Source: Octopus sinensis (lineage: Eukaryota). Taken from it: a stretch of 64,000 nucleotides of DNA. The translations under genes were made by a program, and so were the position numbers. The stretch lies in the NCBI RefSeq assembly GCF_006345805.1, contig NC_043000.1, positions 153,760,001 through 153,824,000 on the forward strand, read 5' to 3'. Positions 39,484-53,282 of this stretch are shown here, in pieces. Within the stretch, counting starts at the first letter, position 1; the number at the start of each line of letters is the position of its first letter. The notes under the pieces are model-generated. The model was given only the letters and a program-made list of their open reading frames with translations, made no database searches and was not told where the DNA came from.

Positions 39484-39868
39484 TATATTTATAAAAAAAA
39501 AACATGATGCAAAGGATTTAGCGGTACATATGTTTCTGGCTTTTATTAGACGGTTTATATCAATGCATAATTGCTGTAATTTGTATGTCAATAGCCTTCT
39601 TCAGCCTTCTACATCGAGTGAAAAACGGGATGGACGCTTTGATTTTGTTTTGGTGCCTCGCTCTGTTGTACACGGCTATGAGGATTTGCATCCCCAACGT
39701 AAAACTTATAATGTAATACATGTCCTTGGAGTAGTAATTGTACGCGGCTGAAGAAGGCTATTGACATACAAATTACATCAATTATGCATTGATATAAACC
39801 GTCTAATAAAAACCAGAAACATATCTACCGCTAAATCCTTTGCCTCATGTTTTTATTTTGATAAATAT
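39484..39868. mobile_element. Fold-back element with ~123-bp inverted arms, each carrying a hammerhead-like motif
   Basis: Arms 39484-39606 and 39746-39868 are reverse complements with about 6 differences. Motif GCGG CTGAAGA A GGCT...AGCC A GAA ACATATGT A CCGC. Confidence 0.8.
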
Positions 39869-40734
39869 ATATATATACATACATACACGCATACATACAT
39901 ACATACATACATACATACATACATACATACATACATACATACATACATACATACATACATACCTACAGTATGCAGAAGCAAGTTTTAAAAATATGTATCC
40001 TTTGATTAACTTGCAAAAGCCATATGTTTTATGAAAAAGAAACATTGAATATTGTGATATTCATACTTTTTATTCAACCATAACCGCGATGTAATCTTTT
40101 TCTCATCATTTTCAGGAATGCTAAATATCAGAAATGGAGTTGAATTTGATTTACCCTACTGCTTGTGATTAACCAATGTGTATGGAAACGGCATAAATGC
40201 CACATACTATCATTCACCTTAACATCGCCAAAATGCCAAATCTATGTTTCTTCTAAGTGACTTTTGTGCTAGAATGTTGACTTCATCAGAGTAAGCTAGA
40301 GAAGTACCTGTTATTTACACGATGCCGCATCTGCTTACAGTAATGAAGAATACCTATTTCTTGAAGTCTGATTTTAATGTAACTGACTCACTTCAACGTA
40401 CGGTACCCCATAAATAAGGGGATAGAAACAATGAATAGTCGATTTAATCTTTTTCGAATCGAAATTTGTCTATCCTCGTTACTCTATTGAATAAAAGATA
40501 ACATACGAAGTTTATTTTGTTAAGTTTTCCGTAAGAATATGTTAATTGGCTGTGAAAAATCTGTCGATGGATTTTATTGATCGTTTCAATCATACAATTC
40601 TTGTTTGTGAAGTTTGTTTTATAAATAAATAATATGAAGAGTTGCCGTTGGTTACGCAATTTATTTGTGGTATAATGCCACACGGAAAGAAGAGATGCCG
40701 CTGTTTGGGAATATTTAAATTAAATGTGCGATGT

Positions 40735-41135
40735 ATTTATTTCTTTATTACCCACAAGGGGCCAAACACAGAGGGGACAAACAAGGACAGACAAACGGAT
40801 TAAGTCGATTACATCGACCCCAGTACGTAACTGGTACTTAATTTATCGACCCCGAAAGGATGAAAGGCAAAGTCAACCTCGGCGGAATTTGAACTCAGAA
40901 CGTAACGTCAGACGAAATACCTATTTCTTAACTACCCACAAGGGGCCAAAACAACAGAGGGGACAACAAGGACAGGGACAACGGTTAAGTCGATACATCG
41001 ACCCCAGTGCGTAACTGGTACTTAATTTATCGATCCCGAAAGGAAAGGATGAAGGCAAAGTCAACATCGGCGGATTTGAATCAGAACGTAAGTCAGACGA
41101 AATACGGCTACGAATTTCTGCCAGCTCGCCGCCAT
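40735..41135 (-). mobile_element. Head-to-tail SINE-A dimer
   Basis: The second copy's 3' end joins the first copy at GGTATTTCGTC (about 40910-40925). Confidence 0.85.
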
Positions 41136-41855
41136 ACAGGACGATTCTATTTGCTAACGTAGAAGGAACACGATATTATGTTAGATTGATTGCAGTTGTC
41201 GTCGATTTTGAAGGGAATGAACAGAGTTCCATTTTGAGAGTTCAGCGTCTGTTATAATGATACTAATCTAGACATATAAAGTACGTTCATTTCATAACGT
41301 TATGTAAACGCAGTAACGTAATCCTCTCATGTAAACTGTAGATAGCTGTCTTTTCTGGCTTCAAGTTCATTAAATATAGTGACCCTGAAAGCTTTCATCT
41401 GAACTGAATCTAGTTCTGTGAGAGTATTATTTAAAACATTCGTTTATGATAGACAGGCGCGCACCATCATATTCATACTTGTGCTTTACAGACAGTGGAT
41501 CATATATTTGTATTCAAGTCAGTTGCAATGCTAGAAACATTTTTATGTAGTATTGTTGGCGATAGCGGATACATTTCAACCACAAAATTTTGCAGTTAAT
41601 ATTATACGCTGAGTTTTTCAACTTAAATAATCATCCATTGATTTTTTCCCTTTCTTGACACAAATTTTAAAACAGTGAACTACCGAGGTGTTTCAGTACT
41701 GTAAAGTTTCTGGAAAAAGATAACTGCCACTAGATCACAGGTTCCGATCTTATAGCTTCAACTTGCGTGAAGACCCCAGTACCACGTTTATGTTGTAATT
41801 CATCGGTTTCATACCAGCTTCATTCTATCTATTTTCAGCAAATATTATCTAGATA

Positions 41856-42075
41856 TCTCGTTTTTGGATTTGGTTTGCAGGATTCTTTATATGAGTTCGT
41901 GTGTTGAAGCATATTCTGTTGTGTCTGGGGAGAGTCATTTTCTTTTTGTGCCTTATAATGTAGCACACTTACCGGTAAAATTTCCACATATTTCTTTTTT
42001 TAGTGAAAATTTTACCGGTGAGTCTGTTACATTATAAGGCACAAAATGAAAATGACTCTCCCCAGACACAACAGA
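41856..42075. mobile_element. 220-bp asymmetric fold-back insertion with 12-bp target duplication
   Basis: ATTATCTAGATA at 41844-41855 and 42076-42087. About 72-bp inverted arms at 41913-41985 and 42004-42077. Confidence 0.75.
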
Positions 42076-42329
42076 ATTATCTAGATAACCTAGCGATCTA
42101 GTACTAAGTTTTGTCCAATCCAAACTTCAACAAAAAAAAAAAGAACAAGTGCTGATTTTAAAATGTTTAATCATTATTTCTCATTTAATTTCTTCATCAT
42201 TCACAGCGTATAATGCTTTTAACTGTGTATAATTTTAACTTTCATCAATTCTAATATTCTATCAGAACCGCCTTCAGTATCAGTCTTAGTTTTATTTGCA
42301 TATATACCGTTATCTTATCCTAAGCGTCA

Positions 42330-42680
42330 TCGATTTCGTAAATGATCGGTCTCACACCAGATTCTTTCAATCCACTTTCAATAAAGGTTATCCAGAGATC
42401 GATTGTTATAGGTCTAGCCTGCGTTATATTTCTACATGCATCGACGGCACAACCCTGGTTGAAAAGAAAAACAATCACCGTTATTTTGTTAGAGGCCATT
42501 CCCTTCTAAATTTATGTCTTGCATCTTCTGAATTTCCTTATTTCTCCTGCTGTATATCTCATATCATCGTCTCAGAAGTTGTCATATTCGGTGACTACAA
42601 CATTCAACTTCCACTAGGTTTTCATTCTTACATATTGAGTGTTGCTGCTGTAAAAGCCACCTTTTCCATCGTGAAATCTC
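42330..42680 (+). mobile_element. Possible decayed LINE AP-endonuclease fragment
   Basis: SEVVIFGDYNI resembles the APE GD(F/Y)N motif; no other strong motif. Confidence 0.3.
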
Positions 42681-43128
42681 TGCACGAGTGAATATCATTG
42701 CACACACGCTTTTTTGATCGACGCACAAACACTTCATCCTTGACCTCTTTCTCATCCACCCCTAATGGTGAATGGCGTTTACGCAACGCTGCATTTCGTG
42801 TTAGACATTCATCCGTAAAGCAACATATGCCTTTGTGCACCGTGCAGTGTGCCTATATATTTGTGAGTGTGTATGTGTGTGTGTGTGTGTGTTAGTGTGT
42901 ATGCGCTTGTGTGGTATATTTATAAACACGCATGTGGGGTATATGTATGCATAAGGTTAACATTTGTACACATGCATACGCATACACAGACACTGACACA
43001 CACACATATACACATACGCATATAAAATATAAACATACAACTGCGTGTGTATTTACGTATATGTATATATGTTATATATATACATATGTATATATGTTTG
43101 TGTGTGTGTGTGTGTGTGTACATATATG

Positions 43129-43186
<58 letters not shown>

Positions 43187-43404
43187 GATTATATATATAC
43201 ATATATATAATTTAACAGAATGAGATAAAATCCAAGGTGTGAAAGATTTCAGAACATGTACATATATACATACGCACGCATACCACCCACTTAGGCATAT
43301 GCGCTTACACGTGCACCACACACCACACACACACATACACACATACGCAAATATATATGCATACACTATATATACATATATATATATATATAATATATAA
43401 TATA

Positions 43405-43451
<47 letters not shown>

Positions 43452-43784
43452 GTACATTTTTCGTGCATTCGTAGTGTATACTTTGTTCATATGACTACTG
43501 AACTGAGATTTTCGTCGCAACTCTGTTTTCACCTGCAATATTTGAAAAGTATGTATATGAAACCAGGTATTCATCGGTACGATATTAGTTTATCAATTAT
43601 ATTCCATCTGATAAAGCCTAAAGCGATGATATATTCAGCCATTACTAGATATTAAATCATGCCTAAACATAGAAGAGCATATGTGAAGCAGTCCCAAACT
43701 TCTGCGAAGTAAGCTAGATGTTACAAAGCTTACTCTTGCGAATGAACGGCAAACTCTTTCACTTTTACTCTCTGTCGATTTTAT

Positions 43785-44197
43785 ACTCTTACTCTTTTAC
43801 TCTTTTACTTGTTTCAGTCATTTGACTGCGGCCATGCTGGAGCACCGCCTTTAGTCGAGCAAATCGACCCCGGGACTTATTCTTTTTGTAAGCCCAGTAC
43901 TTATTCTATCGGTCTCTTTTTGCCGAACCGCTAAGTGACGGGGACGTAAACACACCAGCATCGGTTGTCAAGCAATGCTAGGGGGACAAACATAGACACA
44001 CAAACACATATACACACATATATATATATACATATATACGACAGGCTTCTTTTAGTTTCCGTCTACCAAATCCACTCACAAGGCATTGGTCGGCCCGGGG
44101 CTATAGCAGAAGACACTTGCCTAAGATGCCACGCAGTGGGACTGAACCCGGAACCATGTGGTTGGTTAGCAAGCTACTTACCACACAGCCACTTCTG
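43785..44197 (-). mobile_element. SINE family B with 17-bp TSD
   Basis: CTCTCTGT(C/T)GATTTTAT at 43768-43784 and 44198-44214. Confidence 0.93.
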
Positions 44198-44574
44198 CTC
44201 TCTGTTGATTTTATTTGTTTTATTTTTTTCAAGATAGATTCTAATGTTTCATCAGATGTATAGGCTCAACAGTATATATTTACAGTAGATATACGGTATC
44301 AAAACACCATTACTTGGGGTTCAAAGACACGTTTTAGATACCCTGTTGGGACACCTGTTGAAACCTCGACTAGTAGACAAACACAAACATTCGAACACTA
44401 CAGTTAGTGGCCACTTTCTGTTGTGTGTTACATTGGCCTGTAGTGAAAACATTTCCACCCTACACAATGGAAGTGTTAAACACATCACTGCCAACCAATG
44501 AAAATTTCATCGATCTTAAATACAGCTGTTGTTTATTCTGGAAAATCTGTAGTAATTTGTATGACCTACACATA

Positions 44575-44810
44575 AGTAGGTAGAGCTAGCAGAATCGTTA
44601 GCACGTCGGGCGAAATGCTTAGCGGTATTTCGTCTGCCGTTACGTTGTGAGTTCAAATTCCGCTGAGGTCGACTTTGCCTTTCATCCTTTCGGGGTCGAT
44701 AAATTATGTACCAGTTAAGCACTGGGGTCGATATAATCGACTTAATACCTATGTCTGTCCATGTTTGTCCCCTCTATGTTCAGCCCCTTATGGGTAATAA
44801 AGAAATAGGT
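44575..44810 (+). mobile_element. SINE family A (young)
   Basis: Full body ending AAGAAATA|GGTA. Confidence 0.87.
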
Positions 44811-44894
44811 AATAGAAATTACTGGACTGCTGAAATTATAATTAACATTTCAATTATATATAGTCGTGAATGTGAATCTGTGTAAATATATATA

Positions 44895-45216
44895 TACTCT
44901 TTTACTCTTATTCTTTGCAAGTCCAGTACTTATTCTTTCGGTCTCTTTTGCCGAACCGCTAAGTGACGGGGACATAAACACACAAGCATCGGTTGTCAAA
45001 CAATGCTAGGGGGATAAACACACACACATATATATTATATATACATATATACGACAGGCTTCTTTCAGTTTCCGTCTACCAAATCCACTCACAAGGCATT
45101 GGTCGGCCCGGGGCTATAGCAGAAGACACTTGCCCAAGATGCCACGCAGTGGGACTGAACCCGGAACCATGTGGTTGGTTAGCAAGCTACTTACCACACA
45201 GCCACTCCTGCGCCTA
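44895..45216 (-). mobile_element. SINE family B, 3'-deleted
   Basis: Reverse-complement homology to the head and centre. Confidence 0.87.
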
Positions 45217-45721
45217 TATAAATATATATTCTTGGATTAATATTGAACTTGCTCACTTTCGTTTATCACTGTACCTGAATCCCCCAAACAACTGGACAAT
45301 GAACCTACTCTGACCTTGCGTAGATAGAAACACTTAATACTATATTAATAGTACGATAAATATATTCTTTATTATTCTAGAAATAATATATCTTCTCACA
45401 AAGGCATGCTATTGTAGTAAGGTAAAGTAGTTTAGCGCTTGGATGAAAACTTTGTTTAAACCTCTGAGCGGTAGGTCTTTTTAAAGGCTAACCACCGCCT
45501 ATGAATTGTAGTAACTATTAGGGTAATAATGAAAAGTAAACAACTGTTATATCAACAGGAAGAATATAGAACTGCGGCAAGTAATAATGCTAGTGGCCAA
45601 CAACAACAAAAAACAAAATATTAAAATAACACAACCGAAAAAGAATAATGTCAGACACAATAACAGCAATGAAATCACAATAGTGTGAGTAGCAACAGTA
45701 GAATTAGTTTTTAAAATGGCA

Positions 45722-45725
45722 ACTA

Positions 45726-45756
<31 letters not shown>

Positions 45757-45871
45757 GGTGGTGGTAGTGGTGGTGGTGGTGGTGGTAGTAGTGGTGGTGG
45801 TGGTGGTGGTGGTGGTGGTGGTGGTATTGGTGGTGGTAGTAGTGGTGGTGGTGGTGATGGTGGTGGTGGCG

Positions 45872-45941
<70 letters not shown>

Positions 45942-45968
45942 TATTAGTAGTAGTAGTAGTAGTAGTAG
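45722..45968. repeat. (GTA)/(GTG)/(GCA) trinucleotide array
   Basis: Direct reading; source of the poly-Val ORF. Confidence 0.95.
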
Positions 45969-47246
45969 TTTTGTTGTTTATATTGCTGTATGGGAAATGT
46001 CGTAGTATTGAGATAAGCTTTCAATGACCTTTTTTTTTTTTTTTGTTCTTTGGGGTTCTTTTTTGCTCTTTTATTCTTTGATTTTGCCATTCACATTATA
46101 TTATTAGTATTCTTGAGAAAAGAATGAAAGTCACAGAAACTCGTTCTCACTCTACCATGAAATTGAAACCATAAGTCCCAACGTATTGTGGGAGACAAAT
46201 GTGATAGAACTGTTTATATAGTTTTTGACGATTATATCACCCCTCGGCAACTGGTGCTTATCGATACGAGAACTATGTAAAGCAATAGTAATGAGTCAAA
46301 ATCAGAAATGTTTCTTGATAGCATTCAGATTTTCTTATCAGTTGCATGTCCCTTGGTAGCTGACAATATGTGCATCTCTGGTCGTAAGCAGGAGTAGTGG
46401 GGGAGCAAGAGAGTCATGTGTTGAAAGGGGATATTTGGGGTTCACTTCTGAAAACATGGGTGTTCCGTTCAGGAACATTTTGAGTGGGATTGGCTACACG
46501 ACCTGAAGAAAATTCTAACTGGACCCCACCTGCAAAGTCATGCTCTGTTTATCTCGATAGGAGGTCACAATGTCGCGCACATATGGTTGTGATGCATTTG
46601 CTGGGAATTGCCATTTTGGTTAAAAGAGGATCTACAAATTTCTGAATCGTAGTGAGATAAAACATGTCAATAAATCATATATATACATATATAACTTACT
46701 GTTCCATTATGAGTAGGATAAACAAAAACAGTACTCCATCCAATGAGAAATAGATATCATTTAACATACACAGAATTTTTTAAAAAGTGCTTCTAGTAAT
46801 TTCATGGTATTATCAATATTATTAGAATCAAATGAACTAAGAGGAATTTTTAAATAAAAGTTATTAAGTAATTTTTATTAGATATGTAATCCACGACAGA
46901 TTGATAATTCATTATTGAAATTTTCCGCTGCCTCTACTGAACACGAATTACAGCTACTTCCTCACTCTTTTTATGGCAGTCCACTAGTTATAATCGACCA
47001 TGAGATTGGGTAATTGATATCTTTCTCCTTGAAGAACGAGGTGATCTAACAAATGAGGGAACGTGGGCTCTTCTCTTACACTTAAAGGAGTGCATATGAT
47101 AATACCTCTAAGTTTGGGTCTGGATGCTGTCACGCGTATTTAAAATGAGTTTTATTAGTATTTTAACAGAGCAATTATAAATTTAATTATTCCTGAGACT
47201 TGTTATTTTACGGGCACTTTTCTCCGTTCCTACATTTGGACATGCT

Positions 47247-47634
47247 ATGTGGAAGCACTCCGTCGGTTACGACGACAAGGGTTCCGGTTGATCCAAATCA
47301 ATGGAACAGCCTGCTCGTGAAATTAACGTGTAAGTGGCTAAGCACTCCACAGACACGTGTACCCTTAACGTAGTTCTCGGGGATATTCAGCGTGACACAG
47401 AGAGTGACAAGGCCGGCCCTTTGAAATACAGGTACAACAGAAACAGGAAGTAAGAGTGAGAGAAAGTTGTGGTAAAAGAGTACATCAGGGATCACCACCA
47501 TCCCCTGCCGGAGCCTCGTGAAACGTTTAGGTGTTTTCGCTCAATAAACACTCACAACGCCCGGTCTGGGAATCGAAACCGCGATCCTATGACCGCGAAT
47601 CCGCTGCCCTAACCACTGGGCCATTGCGCCTCCA
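47247..47634 (-). mobile_element. SINE family C
   Basis: Reverse complement of 22838-23221. Confidence 0.9.
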
Positions 47635-47940
47635 CTTTTGCACATGCTATTATGTTTGATATAAGAAGAAACATTATAAATTTTATTAGTGCTACTACTA
47701 TTACTATGCGAGGATATTGCAGTATTGTCGTCTTCATTTGTACCGAATAAAGCAGTATTTGTTGCAATAAACCCAGATTGGTGTTTGCTAGTTGAATAAT
47801 TAAGAGTATATTTGTTAGTACTAATAGTATTAAATTTCCTTTTGTTTATTACTGCTATATTATGTTTTAGGTTAGGCGCAGTGGGAAGTATATATACAAA
47901 CATACACACACACACACACACACACCGCACACATATCATA

Positions 47941-47992
<52 letters not shown>

Positions 47993-48087
47993 ATATTAAT
48001 TAGAGACAACCACTATTATGCAAATCAAACAAATATATTATATATATATATACACATACACATGTATATGTACATACATATATATAT

Positions 48088-48490
48088 AGGCGCAGGAGTG
48101 GCTGTGTGGTAAGTAGCTTGTTTACCAACCACATGGTTCCGGGTTCAGTCCCACTGCGTGGCACCTTGGGCAAGTGTCTTCTACTATAGCCTCGGGCCGA
48201 CCAAAGCCTTGTGAGTGGATTTGGTAGACGGAAACTGAAAGAAGCCCGTCCTATATATGTATATATATATGTGTGTGTGTGTGTATGTTTGTGTGTCTGT
48301 GTTTGTGTCTGTGTTTGCTTGACAACTGATGCTGGTGTGTTTATGTCCCCGTCACTTAGCGGTTCGGCAAAAGAGACCGATAGAATAAGTACTGGGCTTA
48401 CAAAGAATAAGTCCCGGGGTCGAGTTGCTCGATTAAAGGCGGTGCTCCAGCATGGCCGCAGTCAAAATGACTGAAACAAGTAAAAAAAAA
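48088..48490 (+). mobile_element. SINE family B, full length
   Basis: Head to tail homology. Confidence 0.92.
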
Positions 48491-49179
48491 TGTACAGGAT
48501 ATATATAGAGATTGAGAGTGTATATACGGGCATATATGTATTTATGTATACGTACATACATATATGCATATGTATATATATATATAGCTATGAGAGGTAT
48601 TGGTATCCAGAAGACACAAGGTGGCAAGTAGCGCTATGTAAGTGCTATGGAAGGACCGTAGTTAAAATCTCGATTCGATAATGATACGAGTGAGGGGTTT
48701 ACTGCGAGTTTTGTATGATCAAGTATATGTTAAATAAAACACCCCTTTGAATGAACAGCACATGGAATCTACGTTTCCACACTTTGCATTTGGGATGACA
48801 AAATATGAACTCCTATTGGAAATTACATACCACGGGTGGGTAGTATTTCTACCACTTTTACACACCACTTACCTTGGATAATGGAACTTCAGCTATAGCA
48901 TCTTTATACATTTTTAATTTTATTTCTACGTTCATTCTCCCATTTCCCTATATACTCCCCATGTGCTTCGTTTTCTAAAATAACTCCTCATATTGAACTC
49001 TGATATTCCCCTCTATTTAATCATCTCACAAGGTTTCTCCCGAAAGGATATCTCTAATATCTCAGAAACAGGTGTAAGACTAACTTTCTCTTTATAAATG
49101 TCCTGAAAATTCCACACAGCCTTGCGTTTATTGTTTCATTTTATTAATATATGTACATATATATATATATATATTATAT

Positions 49180-49214
<35 letters not shown>

Positions 49215-49268
49215 GATATATATATAATAGATCTCTTAACGAGTATAAACAGCAGCTGCACAATGTGG

Positions 49269-49414
49269 GAAGTATATTTGCCACTTAAATGTGGCTAACC
49301 TAGGGCACAGGAAGTGTGTCAATAGCCAGCTGGAGGAGGTATCCTCTTGGGGCTACAAGCTACAGTAGCATCCTCCCTTAGTGGTTAGCCACATTTAAGT
49401 GACAAATATACTTC
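49269..49414. mobile_element. Small MITE-like fold-back with 32-bp inverted repeats
   Basis: GAAGTATATTTGCCACTTAAATGTGGCTAACC at 49269-49300 versus its reverse complement at 49383-49414 (1 mismatch); (TA)-rich flanks. Confidence 0.7.
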
Positions 49415-49442
49415 ACATATATATATATATATGTATGTATAT

Positions 49443-49487
<45 letters not shown>

Positions 49488-49498
49488 GTGTGTGCGTG

Positions 49499-49529
<31 letters not shown>

Positions 49530-49827
49530 ATAATGTCTGCCTTATACATATTTAGAAAATTAACTCATGAATGCATTGATATACCTAATTGACAGAGAAT
49601 TGTAGTTTGAAGTATTTTAGTCCTGTATTCAAGATTTTGCCTGCTTGAAATAACATATTACGGAGTAAAGGGAAAAGATATATTTCGAATGTGATGGTAG
49701 ATTTATGGAAATTTGTTTTGCTTCTGTTTGGAATGAACATAACACCTTTGCCAAGAATCAGGTGAGTTTCTTTTGTTTTTCTTAAGTTATAACAAAACTA
49801 ATTTGACCTTCTTGTACAATAGTCATT

Positions 49828-49912
<85 letters not shown>

Positions 49913-50051
49913 CAGTAGTATCCATTTTCATACAAATTGAATTTTGGCGACGTTAGGTTTAAAACAGATCTTCTTCTACAAAGGCCTGCGCGCATTTGTG
50001 TACATGTAAGCAGAGAGTCACACATACAAATATATGCACACATATATATCA

Positions 50052-50335
50052 TCATCATCGTCATCATCATCCTTTAACGTCCGCTTTCCATGCTAGCATG
50101 GGTTGGACGATTTGACTGAGGGCTGGCGAACCAGATGGCTGCACAATGCTTCAATCTTGATCTGGTAGAATTACTACAGCTGGATGCCCTTCCTAACGCC
50201 AACCACTCCGAGAGTGTAACGGATGCTTTTACGTGCCACGGGCACGGAGGCTGTCAGGCGGTACTGGCAACGACCTCACCCGAATCTTTTTACACATGCC
50301 ACCGGAACAGGTGCCAGTAAGGTGATGCTGGCATA
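50052..50335 (-). mobile_element. RTE-type 3' tail element with (GAT)n tail
   Basis: Minus strand: GGTTGGCGTTAGGAAGGGCATCCAGC ... CCCATGCTAGCATGGAAAGCGGACGTTAAAGGATGATGATG. Confidence 0.65.
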
Positions 50336-50357
50336 TATATGTATGTGTATAGATATA

Positions 50358-50450
<93 letters not shown>

Positions 50451-50902
50451 TATATATACATATCCATCCATAAAATATATATATACGTAATCATCCATAT
50501 GTATGTATATATACATATATGGATACATATAGACATGGATATGTACAAATGTAATATGTTTATATAAATGCATATACATATGTGTGTGTGTGTGTTTGTG
50601 TTTAAACATATATATATATTTATAGATACATACATATATATATAGGTGTGTGTGTACATAAATATACATACATACATTCAAATATATATATATATATATG
50701 CGCATATGCATCAACAGTCAAGAACAAACAGATACAAGTACACAAGTGCATCATCTTGAATCAGTCTAGCTATTATATTAAAATGGCACACAGCCAATCT
50801 TCCTTACTGCCACCGCAACCTTATTTTACCAAATACGTTTTCACCCACTCAGTGTATCTCGCTCTTTCTGTCTCTGCTTGTCTCACTCACTGTCTTTCAC
50901 TA

Positions 50903-50935
<33 letters not shown>

Positions 50936-51077
50936 GCATATGTTTGTGTGGTCGTGTGTGTGTATGTATGTGTATATGTATGTATGTACCTATACATATG
51001 CATTTATATGCATATATATATATGTATATATATGCATATATATGCATAATATAAATGTATACATATTTATACATATT

Positions 51078-51159
<82 letters not shown>

Positions 51160-51250
51160 TATATATATCTGCATATATAAGTATATTTTAATATAATATA
51201 CACACACAGAGCACAATCGTACATGCTTATGCATATGATATATATACATA

Positions 51251-51294
<44 letters not shown>

Positions 51295-51554
51295 CAGAGG
51301 TAGAGAAAGAAAGAGAGAGAGAAAGAAAAGGAGAAACCTATCTCTTATTTTTACTATTGCGTACACGTCAACATTAATATTCCGAAAATATATCTTGCAT
51401 ATGCTCTTAACCATATCTAAGTTCTTTATTTTCCTCGTCTCTGATTTTCCAGTTGCCTTTTATTTAGCTTTGCTTCCCATCCTTTTCCTCTCTTTACCGA
51501 CTCTTGTAAACATATGCGCTTGAATGTGCAAACACATCTGTACCTATCTTTCAG

Positions 51555-51589
<35 letters not shown>

Positions 51590-51592
51590 CTA

Positions 51593-51627
<35 letters not shown>

Positions 51628-52874
51628 CGTTCCGATGGTTAGGCGATCCATTTGCTGCCACACCCGCTAAATGGAGGGCTGGGCATGCCGTGGTTGATGA
51701 TGCGCAGACATGCGCTGAGACTGCGACATCTCCGGCGCTTCATAACACGGTGAACAGGGGTGGTCGCCTTTTGTGCGGCGCGCTTTCCCGCAGCTCGTCT
51801 CCTTGGACGAACTACAGTCATGGATCAGCAGAGACCGAGGCTAGGCGAATGGCACCGCGAGTGTCGCGTTGCTCTCAAGCACTCTGCCGTCCGGGATCGA
51901 ACTTGTGCGACTCCATCACAACAAGGCATTCTATAGAGGATTAGTGGAGGGGAGGTGGCGACGACGAACTCGGGCAGAGTCTGGCTGGGCGTCGACGAGG
52001 AACACCTGACCCGCCTGTTCAGGACAACTTTCGGGCCGGGACCTATGAACAATCACCAAAGATCTCTGGCCTGGCAGTGCTATCGATCGAGAAGCATTAC
52101 CTGTTCGGGATAAGCTCTACAGACACGGTTCCAGACACACTGGACCGACTTGCCCGAGATGCGGTCCAGAGCGACGAAACCGTTCTGCACGCACTCGGTG
52201 CAAGTCCAACCATTTCCGACCTGTGGGCTTATGCCGAACGGCTGCTGTCACGTGTGGGACGAATCCGCCTATCGGCCGAGTCTATCGTGAGAATTGCTCC
52301 GCCCCCTTCCCTCAACCGGGAAGGCAAGGCAGTTTTCATCGTACTGGTGGCCATGGTGAAAGAATGTGTGTGGTGGACTCGAGCGAAAGGATTAGAGACA
52401 AACACTTACCTCTCTCTGCCAATCGCTCATCAACTTTTTCAAGTACCACTTGAAAGGAAGGTGAGAATGGAGAGGGAAGTTTTGTCTCGCGAAAGATTCA
52501 AAAAAAGATGGGTGAATTGTTGCAAAGATGGTGCGTGCTAGTAACGAAACCATTTGAGCATGATCCTGTAGATCGTAAAAAAGAAAGAAGAGAGCATTTT
52601 TGACCTCATGTGGTTTATTTTCCTCCCTGACTGGGGTTCCCGTGGTCTTTTCTGTAGGCTTTCTTTCCCCACGGATGAACCAATCTTGTTATATCAATGT
52701 TTACACCATTATTTCTGTGATACACGATTTTCCTTTTTTTCCTTTTTTTTTTTTCCTCTCGATCCCTTTTGATCGCAATCTTACATTTTTTATTTTTTTC
52801 CACCCTCGAAAAGAAAAGCTCTGCATTGTATTTGTCCCCTCTGTATTCAGCCCTGTGTGGCTAATAAAAGAAAG

Positions 52875-52876
<2 letters not shown>
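51628..52876 (+). mobile_element. 5'-truncated Tx1/L1-clade non-LTR retrotransposon inserted in a (CTAT)n array
   Basis: HPLNGGLGMPWL..ALRLRHL; AWQC..EALPVRDKLYRHG; ETVLHAL (zf-RVT-like C-terminus); 3' UTR with AATAAA. (CTAT)n on both sides. Several frameshifts. Confidence 0.85.
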
Positions 52877-52940
<64 letters not shown>

Positions 52941-52971
52941 GTCTATCTATCTATCTATCTATCCATCCATC

Positions 52972-53012
<41 letters not shown>

Positions 53013-53049
53013 CTATCTATCTATCTATCTATCTATCTACCATCCATCC

Positions 53050-53083
<34 letters not shown>

Positions 53084-53086
53084 ATA

Positions 53087-53135
<49 letters not shown>

Positions 53136-53173
53136 CATCTACCTATCTATCTATCTATCCCTCTATCTATCTA

Positions 53174-53209
<36 letters not shown>

Positions 53210-53225
53210 TCATCTATCTATCTCT
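52877..53225. repeat. Long (CTAT)n microsatellite
   Basis: Direct reading. Confidence 0.95.
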
Positions 53226-53250
53226 GTATGTGTATGGTATGTAATGTATG

Positions 53251-53282
<32 letters not shown>

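Noticed and set aside
40116-40170. Possible terminal exon (MLNIRNGVEFDLPYCL*) after a strong acceptor
   Set aside because: Very short with no other support; strong AG contexts are common in AT-rich introns.
49621-49761. Segment ending in a strong donor CAG|GTGAGT
   Set aside because: No convincing acceptor gives an open frame.
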